Shown piece after piece: positions 47,632-57,019 of a DNA stretch of 64,000 bases (its first letter is position 1; the number at the start of each line of letters is the position of its first letter). The stretch spans positions 35,223 through 99,222 of the forward strand of contig JBDRHA010000011.1 in assembly GCA_043817235.1 (NCBI GenBank), written 5' to 3'. The notes beneath the pieces were generated by a model. It was not told where the DNA came from. It saw only the letters and a list, made by a program, of their open reading frames with translations, and searched no databases. The stretch comes from Candidatus Shapirobacteria bacterium (GTDB lineage: Bacteria; Patescibacteriota; Microgenomatia; UBA12405; BS750m-G30). The position numbers and the translations under genes were made by a program.

Positions 47632-50600
47632 TTTCTTCTTCCGTATCAAATGATATTTTTGCCCTTTCTTTAGTAGTGGGAATTAGGCGCCCAATAATAA
47701 CATTTTCCTTTAAACCAATCAAATGATCCTCTCTTCCCAGCAAACAACCTTCAGTTAAAATATTAGTTGTCTCCTGGAAAGAAGCTGCAGACAGCCAAGA
47801 GTCGGTGGCCAAAGCGGCTCTAATCAAGCCTAAAATTTCCTGCCTGCCTTTGGCCAATTTCCCCTTGCTTTTCTTTATCTTCCGATTTTCCCGGGCAAAA
47901 ACAGGTTCTTCCACATAGCTGCCTAAAAGAAAATCAGAATCTCCAGAAGAAACAACCCGAATTCGGCTGCTCATCTCTCTAATAATTACCTCAAAGTGCT
48001 TATCATGAATAACAATTCCCTGGGATTCATAAACTCCCTGGATTTGCTCTAACAAATATAGCTGAGCCTCTTTTAAGCCACACAACCTCATTACATCCCG
48101 AACATCCAAAGAGCCTGTGCTTAAAGCTTCGCCTTTTTTAACTTTTTGCCCACTTTTTACCCGAAGATTAGCCGAAGCAGGAAGCAGATATTCTTTTTCT
48201 TCTTTTTTCCCGCCTTTGCTGCCAGTAATTTTAACCTTAATATTATTCTGTGTCTTGTTAATGCTCACTTTCCCGCTAATCTCGACTAAGGGGGAAGCCG
48301 CCCTAGGCGTTCTCATTTCGAATAATTCCTGCACTCGCGGCAATCCTTGGGTAACGTCTAGCCCTAAAACACCTCCGGAATGCTTGGTTCTTAAAGTTAG
48401 TTGAGTACCCGGCTCGCCGATTGACTGAGCAGCAATCACTCCTACTGGCGTTCCTATTTCCACTTGCTTACGGCTAGACAAGTCCCAACCATAACAGCGA
48501 CTGCAAACACCATATCGCGCTTTACATTTAAAGGGTGAACGAACAACTACTGATTCTATCTTTTTCTCTTTAATTAATTGAGCTTTTTGCTCATCTATCA
48601 TTTCTCCGGCAGAAATTAGTTCTTTTTTAGTTTGCGGATCAATAATTTTTTTTGCTAAGAATCGGCCACTAAGGTGGTAGGCAAAATTGTCTTTTCTTTG
48701 CCCTTTATTCCTGACGGTCAAACCTCTTCGCGTGCCGCAATCTTCCTTGCGCACTAAACAAGCATGAGAAACGTCTACTAGTCTGCGGGTTAAATAGCCG
48801 GCATCTGCGGTTTTTAAAGCTGTATCTGTCAAGCCCTTTCTTGAACCCCGAGCTCCAGTTACATATTCAAATACAGATAGCCCCTCTCGAAAGCTGGATT
48901 TAGTCGGCAAAGCAACGATATTGCCCAGAGGATCAACTACTAGCCCCCGCATTCCGGAAATTTGCTTAATCTGATCTGGGCTCGCTCTTTTTTCCCCAGC
49001 TCCCCCCATAATCCTAATGGGTGAATCAAGAGAAAGCGAATTCCAAATTAAAGAAGCAATAGTTTCCGTTGTTTCCAGCCAAATATTTCTTACCAGCTGG
49101 TTTCTTTCCCCCTCGGTAATTAAACCTTCGTGATAATTTTTTTCAATCGCTGTTACCTGCCGATTGGACTCGGCAATAATTTTCTCTTTTTGAGGAGATG
49201 AGCCGCAGTCAAAAATGCTCAAAGAAATTCCCGACAAGTTCATTCCCCAAAAGCCAAAATCCTTGAGTTTATCAATAAGAGCAACCATTTCTTTGCGAGA
49301 ATGATTTTTGAATGCCGCCATCAAAATCTCACTGACTTTTCTATTATCAATAGATTCATTAATAAACCATAAACTCTCAGGAAGAAGTAAATTAAGCATT
49401 ATTCTGCCCGGAGTAGTAAGAATCCATCCTTCCTTTTCCAGGCAAAAGCCAATCAGCTGTCTTAAGCCTAGCAGATTCCCCTCAAAAGCAGAAATGACTT
49501 GATCCGGCTCAAGAAAGCAGGAAAGCTCCGGAAGCACCTCTTCCTTTTTCCTTTTCAACTTTACAAGATCAGCTTCTTGAACAGAAGTTGCAAAATAGCA
49601 GCCCACCACCATCTCCTTGCTCGGAGTATTGATGGGGCGTCCATCTGCCGGCTTAAGCAAATTTCGAGTAGAGACCATCTGCTTTTTAGCTTCTTTCTGG
49701 GCTTGGCTGGATAAGGGCAGGTGAACACCCATTTGGTCACCGTCAAAGTCAGCGTTAAAACCCTTGCAAACACAAGGATGAAGCCGAATAGCTAGGCTAT
49801 CGGTTAAAACCGGTTTAAAAGCCTGAACAGAAAGCTTATGTAAAGTAGGTGCACGATTAAGAAAAACATATTTTCCCTCAACAGCTTCCTCTAAAATCTC
49901 ATAAACTTCAGCAATTCGATGATCAAGAAGGTTTTTGGCACTCTTAATATTTGGAGCCAGCCCCCGAAGCATTAATTCTCGCAAAATAAAGGGCCGGAAA
50001 ATCTCTAAAGCTATTTCCCGAGGCAAACCACATTCATTCAGCTTAAGCTGCGGGCCAACCACAATTACGCTCCGTCCCGAATAATCTACTCTTTTCCCTA
50101 GCAAGTTCTTTCGAAAACGTCCCTTTTTGCCCCGAAGCATATCAGATAAAGAGCGCGGTGGTCTCCTAATCGCCATTCCCCGACGATAGGCCTTGGTTAC
50201 ATCAATAAGCATATCTACCGCTTCCTGAAGCATCCGCTTTTCGTTGCGCAAAATTATTTCCGGAGCGCTCAGAGAAATTAGTCTTTTTAAACGATTATCT
50301 CGATTAATAACCCGGCGGTAAAGATCATTAAGGTCAGATGTGGCAAATCGGCCGCCAGTTAATTGAACCATCGGACGTAATTCCGGCGGAACTACGGGCA
50401 GGGTTTGCAAAATCATCCAGCTAGGATCCACCCCAGCTTCAATCATGCCATTAACTACTCTTATTTTTTTCAGAAGTTGTTTCTTCCTTGGCTGACTGGA
50501 AGTAGCATCTAGATCTTTACGCAAATTTTTAACCAGCTTTTGCAAATCAATCTCTTTTAAAGTCTCTAAAATGGACTCCGCTCCCATCCCTACCTTTAAA

Positions 50601-51385
50601 AATCCATCTGCTCTAAACTCTCTAAAATGAAAAAGCTCTTCTTCTGAAATAGTATCTTGGCTTTTTAACTTCTTTATTTTTTCCCTAAGTAAACGATAAA
50701 GTCCCTTTAAGCTTTCTCTTTCCAAAATTATTTCTTCCTCAATTCTTTTTCTTTTTTGTCGGAAATTTACAGATACTTCCTGCTGGGCAATAGTCCGCTG
50801 ATCCTGATTTTTGATTCTCTTTTTTAAATCATCCTTCTCTTCTTTTTCCTCTTTTGCCAACTCTTCGCTTTTTTCTTTAAGCTCCTTTTTAAGGATATCC
50901 AGCTTTTTTTGAATCCCTTCTTTAAGACTAGACAAAGACTTACTGACTTTATCCGGATAAATATTTACTACTAAATAGCGAGCAAAGTAAATAATCGCTT
51001 CCAGCTCTTTCTGAGGAATTCCTAAAATAGAAGTTAAGGGAAAAGGGGAATTTTTCAAAAACCAAACATGGACTACCGGAACCACCAAAGAAATATGGCC
51101 CATTCTTTCCCTTCTTACCCGCGAAGAGGTTACTTCCACTCCGCACTTTTCACAAATAATACCCTTAAATCTTATTTTTCTATACTTACCGCAATAGCAT
51201 TCGTAATCTTTGGTCGGCCCAAATATCTTTTCGCAAAACAATCCATCTTTTTCCGGCCGCCAAGTGCGGTAGTTAATAGTTTCCGGCTTAGTAACCTCCC
51301 CGTGTGACCAGCCAGCAATTTCCTCAGGTGAGGCAAGTTTAATCCGCAAACCTTTAAAATCAACAATATGCTGATCAAATTCCAT
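47618..51385 (-). CDS. rpoC: DNA-directed RNA polymerase subunit beta'
   Basis: Zn-finger [20 protein letters not shown], catalytic NADFDGDQM and the trigger loop. Confidence 0.9.
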   Translation of the reverse strand: MEFDQHIVDFKGLRIKLASPEEIAGWSHGEVTKPETINYRTWRPEKDGLFCEKIFGPTKDYECYCGKYRKIRFKGIICEKCGVEVTSSRVRRERMGHISLVVPVVHVWFLKNSPFPLTSILGIPQKELEAIIYFARYLVVNIYPDKVSKSLSSLKEGIQKKLDILKKELKEKSEELAKEEKEEKDDLKKRIKNQDQRTIAQQEVSVNFRQKRKRIEEEIILERESLKGLYRLLREKIKKLKSQDTISEEELFHFREFRADGFLKVGMGAESILETLKEIDLQKLVKNLRKDLDATSSQPRKKQLLKKIRVVNGMIEAGVDPSWMILQTLPVVPPELRPMVQLTGGRFATSDLNDLYRRVINRDNRLKRLISLSAPEIILRNEKRMLQEAVDMLIDVTKAYRRGMAIRRPPRSLSDMLRGKKGRFRKNLLGKRVDYSGRSVIVVGPQLKLNECGLPREIALEIFRPFILRELMLRGLAPNIKSAKNLLDHRIAEVYEILEEAVEGKYVFLNRAPTLHKLSVQAFKPVLTDSLAIRLHPCVCKGFNADFDGDQMGVHLPLSSQAQKEAKKQMVSTRNLLKPADGRPINTPSKEMVVGCYFATSVQEADLVKLKRKKEEVLPELSCFLEPDQVISAFEGNLLGLRQLIGFCLEKEGWILTTPGRIMLNLLLPESLWFINESIDNRKVSEILMAAFKNHSRKEMVALIDKLKDFGFWGMNLSGISLSIFDCGSSPQKEKIIAESNRQVTAIEKNYHEGLITEGERNQLVRNIWLETTETIASLIWNSLSLDSPIRIMGGAGEKRASPDQIKQISGMRGLVVDPLGNIVALPTKSSFREGLSVFEYVTGARGSRKGLTDTALKTADAGYLTRRLVDVSHACLVRKEDCGTRRGLTVRNKGQRKDNFAYHLSGRFLAKKIIDPQTKKELISAGEMIDEQKAQLIKEKKIESVVVRSPFKCKARYGVCSRCYGWDLSSRKQVEIGTPVGVIAAQSIGEPGTQLTLRTKHSGGVLGLDVTQGLPRVQELFEMRTPRAASPLVEISGKVSINKTQNNIKVKITGSKGGKKEEKEYLLPASANLRVKSGQKVKKGEALSTGSLDVRDVMRLCGLKEAQLYLLEQIQGVYESQGIVIHDKHFEVIIREMSSRIRVVSSGDSDFLLGSYVEEPVFARENRKIKKSKGKLAKGRQEILGLIRAALATDSWLSAASFQETTNILTEGCLLGREDHLIGLKENVIIGRLIPTTKERAKISFDTEEENANL

Positions 51386-54300
51386 TTATTTTTCTTCTAA
51401 CTCCTTTTCGCTTTCAGCTATTACCTGGGTAGGAGATATTAGGATTCCCAAGCCAGCTAATTCCCTGACTAAAACCTTAAAAGATTCCGGCAATGTTGGG
51501 GCAGGAATTTCCTGCCCTTTAATAATCGCTTGAAAAGCAGCGGCTCGGCCTTCAATGTCATCAGATTTAAGAGTGAGCATTTCTTGTAAAGAATAGGCAG
51601 CACGGTGTGCCTCCAGGGCCCAAACCTCCATCTCTCCAAACCTTTGGCCACCCATTCGTGTCTTTCCTCCCAGTGGTTGCTGGGTAACCAAAGAATAAGG
51701 ACCTGTAGCCCGAGCATGAACCTTGTCTTCCGCCATATGATGAAGTTTCAAGATATAAGCAACGCCTACAGCTACCTTTTGTTCATAAGGTAAGCCAGTT
51801 TTGCCATCAAACAACTTTACTTTTCCATCTACTGGAAGATTCGCTTTTTTAAGTAAAGAAACCAGCGTCTCCTCGTTTAATTTTTCAAAAGAAGGAACGG
51901 TATATTGTTCACCTAATCTTTTCCCTGCCCAGGCCAAGTGAGCCTCCAGTATTTGGCCCAAGTTCATCCGGGCAATTACCGATAGCGGAGAAATAACAAT
52001 ATCTACGGGTGTGCCATCAGCTAAATGCGGCATATCTGCCTCAGGCAAAACTCGGGAAACCACTCCTTTATTCCCATGCCTGCCAGCGACTTTATCTCCT
52101 TCTCTAATTTTTCTTAACTGAGCCACAGCGACTTTAATAATTTTATTAACACCTGGATCAAGCTGATCTCCTTTTTCTCGGTCTAAGATTCTTACCCCAA
52201 TAACTATCCCGCCCTCACCATGAGGAACCCGTAAAGACGTATCTTTAACATCTTTTGCTTTTTCCCCGAAGATTGCTCGCAAAAGTCTTTCTTCGGCCGA
52301 AAGCTCCTTTTCTCCTTTTGGCTCCACTTTGCCCACCAAAATATCGTTTGCGGTTACTTCAGAGCCAATCATAATAATCCCCTCTTCGGTCAGTCTGGCC
52401 AAGTCATTTTCGGCAACTCCCGGAATATCTTTAGTAAGCTCTTCTGGACCTAGTTTAGTATCCACCAACCGAGCCTCATATTCACTAATATGAATAGAAG
52501 TTAAAATGTCATTTTTTACTAATTTATCGGAAACAACGATAGAATCTTCATAGCCCAACCCGTCAATACAAGCATAAGCGATAAGTAAATTTTTTCCTAG
52601 GGCCAGCTCGCCTGACTCCATGCTTGGCCCGTCAGCCAGCAAATTCCCTTCTTTTACTTTCTGACCTACTTCTACCAAAGGCCGTTGGTTATAACAAGTA
52701 TCGTTGGGGCTCGTGCGCTGATATTTAAACAGGTGATAAACATGCTTGCCTCCCTTTACTTCTACTTCAGGCCCTACGTTTACTCTTTTATTGCCGGGTT
52801 TAATTATCACTTTTTTGGCATCTACATAGTCCACCACGCCAGGTGCCTGACAAAGAGCAATTCTATTCATAGCCCGCGAAGAAATAAATTCCATGCCAGT
52901 GCCAACAATTGGCGCCTCTGGCTGAACCAAAGGTACGGCCTGGCACTGCATATTCGCTCCCATTAAAGCACGATTAGCCTCATCATGAGCAACAAAAGGA
53001 ATTAGGGAAGCGGATAAGCCCAATACCTGCTGAGGAGAGTAATCGATTAGCTGTATCTTTTCTTTCGGAACCTCAATAAATTCCCCCTGGTAACGAGCCG
53101 GCACCCAGTCCGGCTTCAGAAAGCCTCCTCTATCCTGAGCTACTCCGGCATGAGTAATGTAATAATCAGATTCGTCATCCGCCGAAAGATAAACCACCTC
53201 ATCTGTTATTTTAACCTTAGCCTCCCTCCCCTTTTTAATAAGCTTAATTTTCCGATAAGGCGTCTCTAAAAACCCATATTCGTTTACTCGGGTAAACAAG
53301 GATAAATAGGTCATTAATCCAATATTAATTCCCTCCGGCGACTTGATCGGGCAAACCCGGCCATACTGAGAGCTATGAATATCTCTGATAGAAAAAGTGG
53401 CCCTTTCCCGAGAAATACCGCCCGGACCAATAACCGTAATCTTTCTTAGCAAGCTAAGCTCAGCTAGCGGATTGGTCTGGTCTAGTATTGAGGAAAGGCG
53501 AGAAGTCTTGAAAAAAGAAAGCAAGGCGGATAAAAAGGGCTGGAAATTAAGCAAAGAAGAAGGCCTAACTTTGTCTTTAGTACTAGCTAAGCTCATTCTT
53601 TCCTTAATTCCTCGCTCAAAACGGGAGGCAGCGCGGCGCAGTATTGTTTGACTTAAAATTTCGCCAACCGACCGCAATCTCCGATTACCCAGGTGGTCAA
53701 TATCATCCAGCTTTCTCTCCTCGCCTTTCTCCAGTTTAATTAAATATTCAATCGTCTTGATAATATCCTGGGGAACCAAAACCCAATAACGGGGATCATC
53801 AACGGGAAAAGTTAACCCCAGCCTTTTATTTATCTTATAGCGGCCGACTCGGCCGATTTCATAGTTGGCAATATCAGAAAAAACACTTTTAAATAGGTTA
53901 ATTGCATTTTCCAAAACAAGAGGCTCACCTGGTCTCATTTTCCGGTAAAATTCCAAAAAAGCTTCCTCACGAGTCTTGGTAGAATCTGCCTCTAAGGTAG
54001 GCCTAATAAAGTCGGAAAACTTTTTAATTAGCTCCTTTTCATCGACTAATCCTAAGCACTTTAAGATAACCGTCGCCGGAAATTTCCGCCGGCGGTCAAT
54101 GCGGGCATAAATTATGTCTTTTCGGCCAATTAAAAATTCCAGCCAGGACCCCCTCAGAGGTCTAATTTCCGCTTCAAAAAGAGATCTCCCCGTCTTAGGA
54201 TCATCCGTATCCGTAAAATAAACTCCGGGAGAGCGCACCAGCTGATTAACAATTCCTCTTTCCACGCCGTCAATTACAAATGTTCCTTCTGGAGTCATTG

Positions 54301-54631
54301 TTGGGATTTCTCGAATAAAAACATCTTCTTCAACAACACTGCCTGTTCTTTTATTAGTTAAGCTTGTCTTTATATTCAAAGGAAGACTATAAGTTAAGCC
54401 TTTTTCTCTTGCCCGAGAAGGGCTTATTTTCGGTTCTTCTATTTCTAGATCTTTAAAGTGAATTTCCCAATTGTTGCCGGTATAATCAGTTATCGGAGAT
54501 AAAGAAGAAAATATTTCCCTTAACCCTAGGTCTAAAAACCACTGCCAAGACTGCTTTTGGACTTCAATCAAATCTTGAGCTCTGGGTAGTTTAAGCTGAT
54601 TTCCTTCATAAATGCGCTTTGGTTTAGTCAT
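51386..54631 (-). CDS. rpoB: DNA-directed RNA polymerase subunit beta
   Basis: Rif-region and C-terminal catalytic motifs; length 1081 aa. Confidence 0.9.
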   Translation of the reverse strand: MTKPKRIYEGNQLKLPRAQDLIEVQKQSWQWFLDLGLREIFSSLSPITDYTGNNWEIHFKDLEIEEPKISPSRAREKGLTYSLPLNIKTSLTNKRTGSVVEEDVFIREIPTMTPEGTFVIDGVERGIVNQLVRSPGVYFTDTDDPKTGRSLFEAEIRPLRGSWLEFLIGRKDIIYARIDRRRKFPATVILKCLGLVDEKELIKKFSDFIRPTLEADSTKTREEAFLEFYRKMRPGEPLVLENAINLFKSVFSDIANYEIGRVGRYKINKRLGLTFPVDDPRYWVLVPQDIIKTIEYLIKLEKGEERKLDDIDHLGNRRLRSVGEILSQTILRRAASRFERGIKERMSLASTKDKVRPSSLLNFQPFLSALLSFFKTSRLSSILDQTNPLAELSLLRKITVIGPGGISRERATFSIRDIHSSQYGRVCPIKSPEGINIGLMTYLSLFTRVNEYGFLETPYRKIKLIKKGREAKVKITDEVVYLSADDESDYYITHAGVAQDRGGFLKPDWVPARYQGEFIEVPKEKIQLIDYSPQQVLGLSASLIPFVAHDEANRALMGANMQCQAVPLVQPEAPIVGTGMEFISSRAMNRIALCQAPGVVDYVDAKKVIIKPGNKRVNVGPEVEVKGGKHVYHLFKYQRTSPNDTCYNQRPLVEVGQKVKEGNLLADGPSMESGELALGKNLLIAYACIDGLGYEDSIVVSDKLVKNDILTSIHISEYEARLVDTKLGPEELTKDIPGVAENDLARLTEEGIIMIGSEVTANDILVGKVEPKGEKELSAEERLLRAIFGEKAKDVKDTSLRVPHGEGGIVIGVRILDREKGDQLDPGVNKIIKVAVAQLRKIREGDKVAGRHGNKGVVSRVLPEADMPHLADGTPVDIVISPLSVIARMNLGQILEAHLAWAGKRLGEQYTVPSFEKLNEETLVSLLKKANLPVDGKVKLFDGKTGLPYEQKVAVGVAYILKLHHMAEDKVHARATGPYSLVTQQPLGGKTRMGGQRFGEMEVWALEAHRAAYSLQEMLTLKSDDIEGRAAAFQAIIKGQEIPAPTLPESFKVLVRELAGLGILISPTQVIAESEKELEEK

Positions 54632-54688
54632 TTAAAAAATTTGCAGACCACTAGTGTAAGTCCGCCTGTCAATTTGTGCCTAACCGGC

Positions 54689-54716
54689 ATTATATCATAC
54701 TAAAAATTATTGTCAA
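54689..54716 (-). promoter_or_regulatory. sigma70 consensus promoter for rpoBC (TTGACA-N16-TATAAT on the minus strand)
   Basis: -35 at 54716-54711 and -10 at 54694-54689 on the minus strand, about 55 nt upstream of the rpoB ATG (54631). Confidence 0.5.
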
Positions 54717-54722
54717 GAAAAA

Positions 54723-55721
54723 TTATAGATATTTTCTAATATTTTCTTGGTGCTCTTCTAGTGTTTTGGAAAAATGTATTTCTCCTTGCTGGTCTGAAAT
54801 ATAAAACCAGTAGTCTGAAGTTTGGTAACTAACTACTGCCTGCAAAGAAGACAAGGAAGGGTTGCAAATAGGCCCTGGTGGCAAAAAAGTATTTTTGTAA
54901 GTATTGTAAGCTGATTCCAAAGATAGGTCTTCCGAAATTACTGTTGGCCACCAGCGACAGTCTTGGCTTATTACACATTCCTTGCCAGCCTTGACATACT
55001 GAACCGTAGCATCAATCTGCAAGGGCCAGTTATTCTCCAAGCGCTTAATCAAAATTCCGGCTACAATCCTTCTATCCGCATCACTTTTAGCTTCTCTCTC
55101 TACCAAGGAGGCTAAAACAATAACATCTTTTTGGCCTAAGCCTCTTTCTTCTGCTTTTGGCCATAAGCCCTCAGTTTTCTGGCCAAAATTAGCAGTCAAG
55201 ATCTCTACAACTCTTTCGGCCGAAGCTGTCTCGGGGACAAGGTAAGTGTCAGGAAAGAGATGGCCTTCTTTTCCCTCGGAGGCAACCAAAAAATCCTCTA
55301 TCGAGATAGGCATCTTTTGGGCCAAGATCCAAGCGATCTCTTCTCTGCGTAAACCCTCAATAATTGTTACCCACTGATCCAATCGGCCTTGAGTGAGCAC
55401 TAAACCTATTTGCTTTAAGCTCATGTTCGGAAGAAGACGAAAACTGCCTGCTTGCAATTTGCCGTTAAGGTCGTAGATCTCCACCGCAAGCCAAAAAGCA
55501 TAACGATGACGGATTAAATTTTCTTTTTGAAGACGAATTCCAATTTGACCGCTTCCTTCTCCTTTTTTTACTACAAAAACCTTTGACCCGCCCGAATAAT
55601 TGGGGTCAGCCGGTTGAAAATAATACCAAGAAAGTGCGGCTAATAAAATCGCCAGCAAAAAAACTGCCACAGCAATACCCCATAAATAAGCTTTTTTCAT
55701 TTGCGCCTCTGGCAAAGACAA
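54723..55721 (-). CDS. mltG: endolytic murein transglycosylase MltG (YceG family)
   Basis: N-terminal TM helix and the YceG-like domain (..LASLVEREA..PLQIDATVQY..YNTYKNTFLPPGPICNP). Confidence 0.8.
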   Translation of the reverse strand: MSLPEAQMKKAYLWGIAVAVFLLAILLAALSWYYFQPADPNYSGGSKVFVVKKGEGSGQIGIRLQKENLIRHRYAFWLAVEIYDLNGKLQAGSFRLLPNMSLKQIGLVLTQGRLDQWVTIIEGLRREEIAWILAQKMPISIEDFLVASEGKEGHLFPDTYLVPETASAERVVEILTANFGQKTEGLWPKAEERGLGQKDVIVLASLVEREAKSDADRRIVAGILIKRLENNWPLQIDATVQYVKAGKECVISQDCRWWPTVISEDLSLESAYNTYKNTFLPPGPICNPSLSSLQAVVSYQTSDYWFYISDQQGEIHFSKTLEEHQENIRKYL

Positions 55722-55922
55722 CTAAACTTCTTCAAAAAGAGCGCGGCGATAGTGCTTAGATTTTTTTTCAAAAATAAAAATCCGCCCGCAGCCACAAGTA
55801 GCCTTGGTCATCCCCTGCTTATTTTTACTTCTAACCGCTTTATTTAAAGGCCGACCACAGCCCACACAACGATTCTGAGAAAGCAGCCATGCCTGAATTG
55901 GCGAAATAATATTTTTAAACAT
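55722..55922 (-). CDS. small zinc-ribbon protein, hypothetical
   Basis: CVGCG...CGCG cysteine pairs. Occupies the ruvX-mltG gap where Firmicutes carry yrzB. Confidence 0.35.
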   Translation of the reverse strand: MFKNIISPIQAWLLSQNRCVGCGRPLNKAVRSKNKQGMTKATCGCGRIFIFEKKSKHYRRALFEEV

Positions 55923-56292
55923 CCCATCCTCCCTTTTTTTTGAAAAACCAATATTGTTTTAATAATAAAGCCGCAGCCACCGAATCCACTGCCTTTCTTT
56001 TTGGCTTAAGAACTCTAGCCTGATAAGTTGTTAAAGTCTCATCTTCTAAAACCACTGCTAATTTTAATATATCCCGAAGCTCTTTAGCAAATTTTCTACT
56101 TAATTGAGCTGATTTTCCTTCAGAAATTCCAACAATGACCTTCTTTACTTCCTCATTTTTTACCATTTCTTTAATTAGCTGCATTGTTTTTTGACCTAAA
56201 TTTTTTAATTCTGGGCGGGTTTCAATAACTCCATTGTCTCCAATAGCCAGTCCAATATTTTTCGTTCCCGGATCAATTGCCAATACCTTCAC
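55915..56292 (-). CDS. ruvX: RuvX/YqgF Holliday-junction-resolvase-like nuclease
   Basis: MKVLAIDPGTKNIGLAIGD is the YqgF signature. Confidence 0.8.
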   Translation of the reverse strand: MKVLAIDPGTKNIGLAIGDNGVIETRPELKNLGQKTMQLIKEMVKNEEVKKVIVGISEGKSAQLSRKFAKELRDILKLAVVLEDETLTTYQARVLKPKRKAVDSVAAALLLKQYWFFKKKGGWDV

Positions 56293-57017
56293 TCTTCCAC
56301 CAACCTTGCTTTCACTACTAGTCGGCGCAAATAAGTTCCCGGAGGCGTGCAGGTAACCAAATAAAGCTCTTTGCCTTCGTAATACTGGGAAAGAATGCTC
56401 AGGTCGCTGGGAACAACCTCAAAAATATCTACCACTTGATAAACATATCGGATACCGTCGTAGTGAATAATAATAGAATCCGGACTAGGGCCAGTTTTTA
56501 ATCTATAAAGATCGGTAAAAATTGCCATATAATTATCCGGATCCATATAGGTAGTAGAATGGCCGAAAATAACCGGGCGGCCAAAATTTTCACCCGGAGA
56601 AGCAGTATTAACATACTGAACAAGTTCCTTTTTAAGATCCTCTCCGCCTATATGGACAATCGCATTTTTAATTTTTAATGCCGGAATATCTAAAGAATAG
56701 TATTCTATCTGCTCGTTTGCTATCGGCTTACCATCCGACTCTTCAGCAAGCCAAGAGGAAATCAAAGTATAGTCTTTTGCGTCTTTGGCTAAAACTAAAG
56801 GAACCGAATACCAAGCGCTGTCCTGAGAGACCGGACTATAAATAGGAGTAAAACGAGGAGCATATTTTATCTGGTAACTAGCCATAGGGTAAAGGGCTGC
56901 TCCTACAAGAAAAGTACCCAAACCAAAAATGAAAGCGGAAAGACCTTTTTTATAAAGCGGCGGCCAGCTTTCTCTTCTGCCTAGTCCTTCTTTTTTCTGG
57001 TAATAATAAAGGCTCAT
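56289..57017 (-). CDS. sortase family transpeptidase
   Basis: N-terminal TM helix; His in VIFGHS; catalytic LYLVTCTPP (the TLxTC motif); Arg in RRLVVKA. Confidence 0.7.
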   Translation of the reverse strand: MSLYYYQKKEGLGRRESWPPLYKKGLSAFIFGLGTFLVGAALYPMASYQIKYAPRFTPIYSPVSQDSAWYSVPLVLAKDAKDYTLISSWLAEESDGKPIANEQIEYYSLDIPALKIKNAIVHIGGEDLKKELVQYVNTASPGENFGRPVIFGHSTTYMDPDNYMAIFTDLYRLKTGPSPDSIIIHYDGIRYVYQVVDIFEVVPSDLSILSQYYEGKELYLVTCTPPGTYLRRLVVKARLVEE

Positions 57018-57019
57018 AG

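Noticed and set aside
28003-54631. Antisense ORFs inside the ribosomal/RNAP block (for example 31433..31651, 36295..36603, 41683..41964, 42259..42573, 43740..44015, 48117..48404)
   Set aside because: All are embedded antisense within highly conserved genes, with low-complexity translations.
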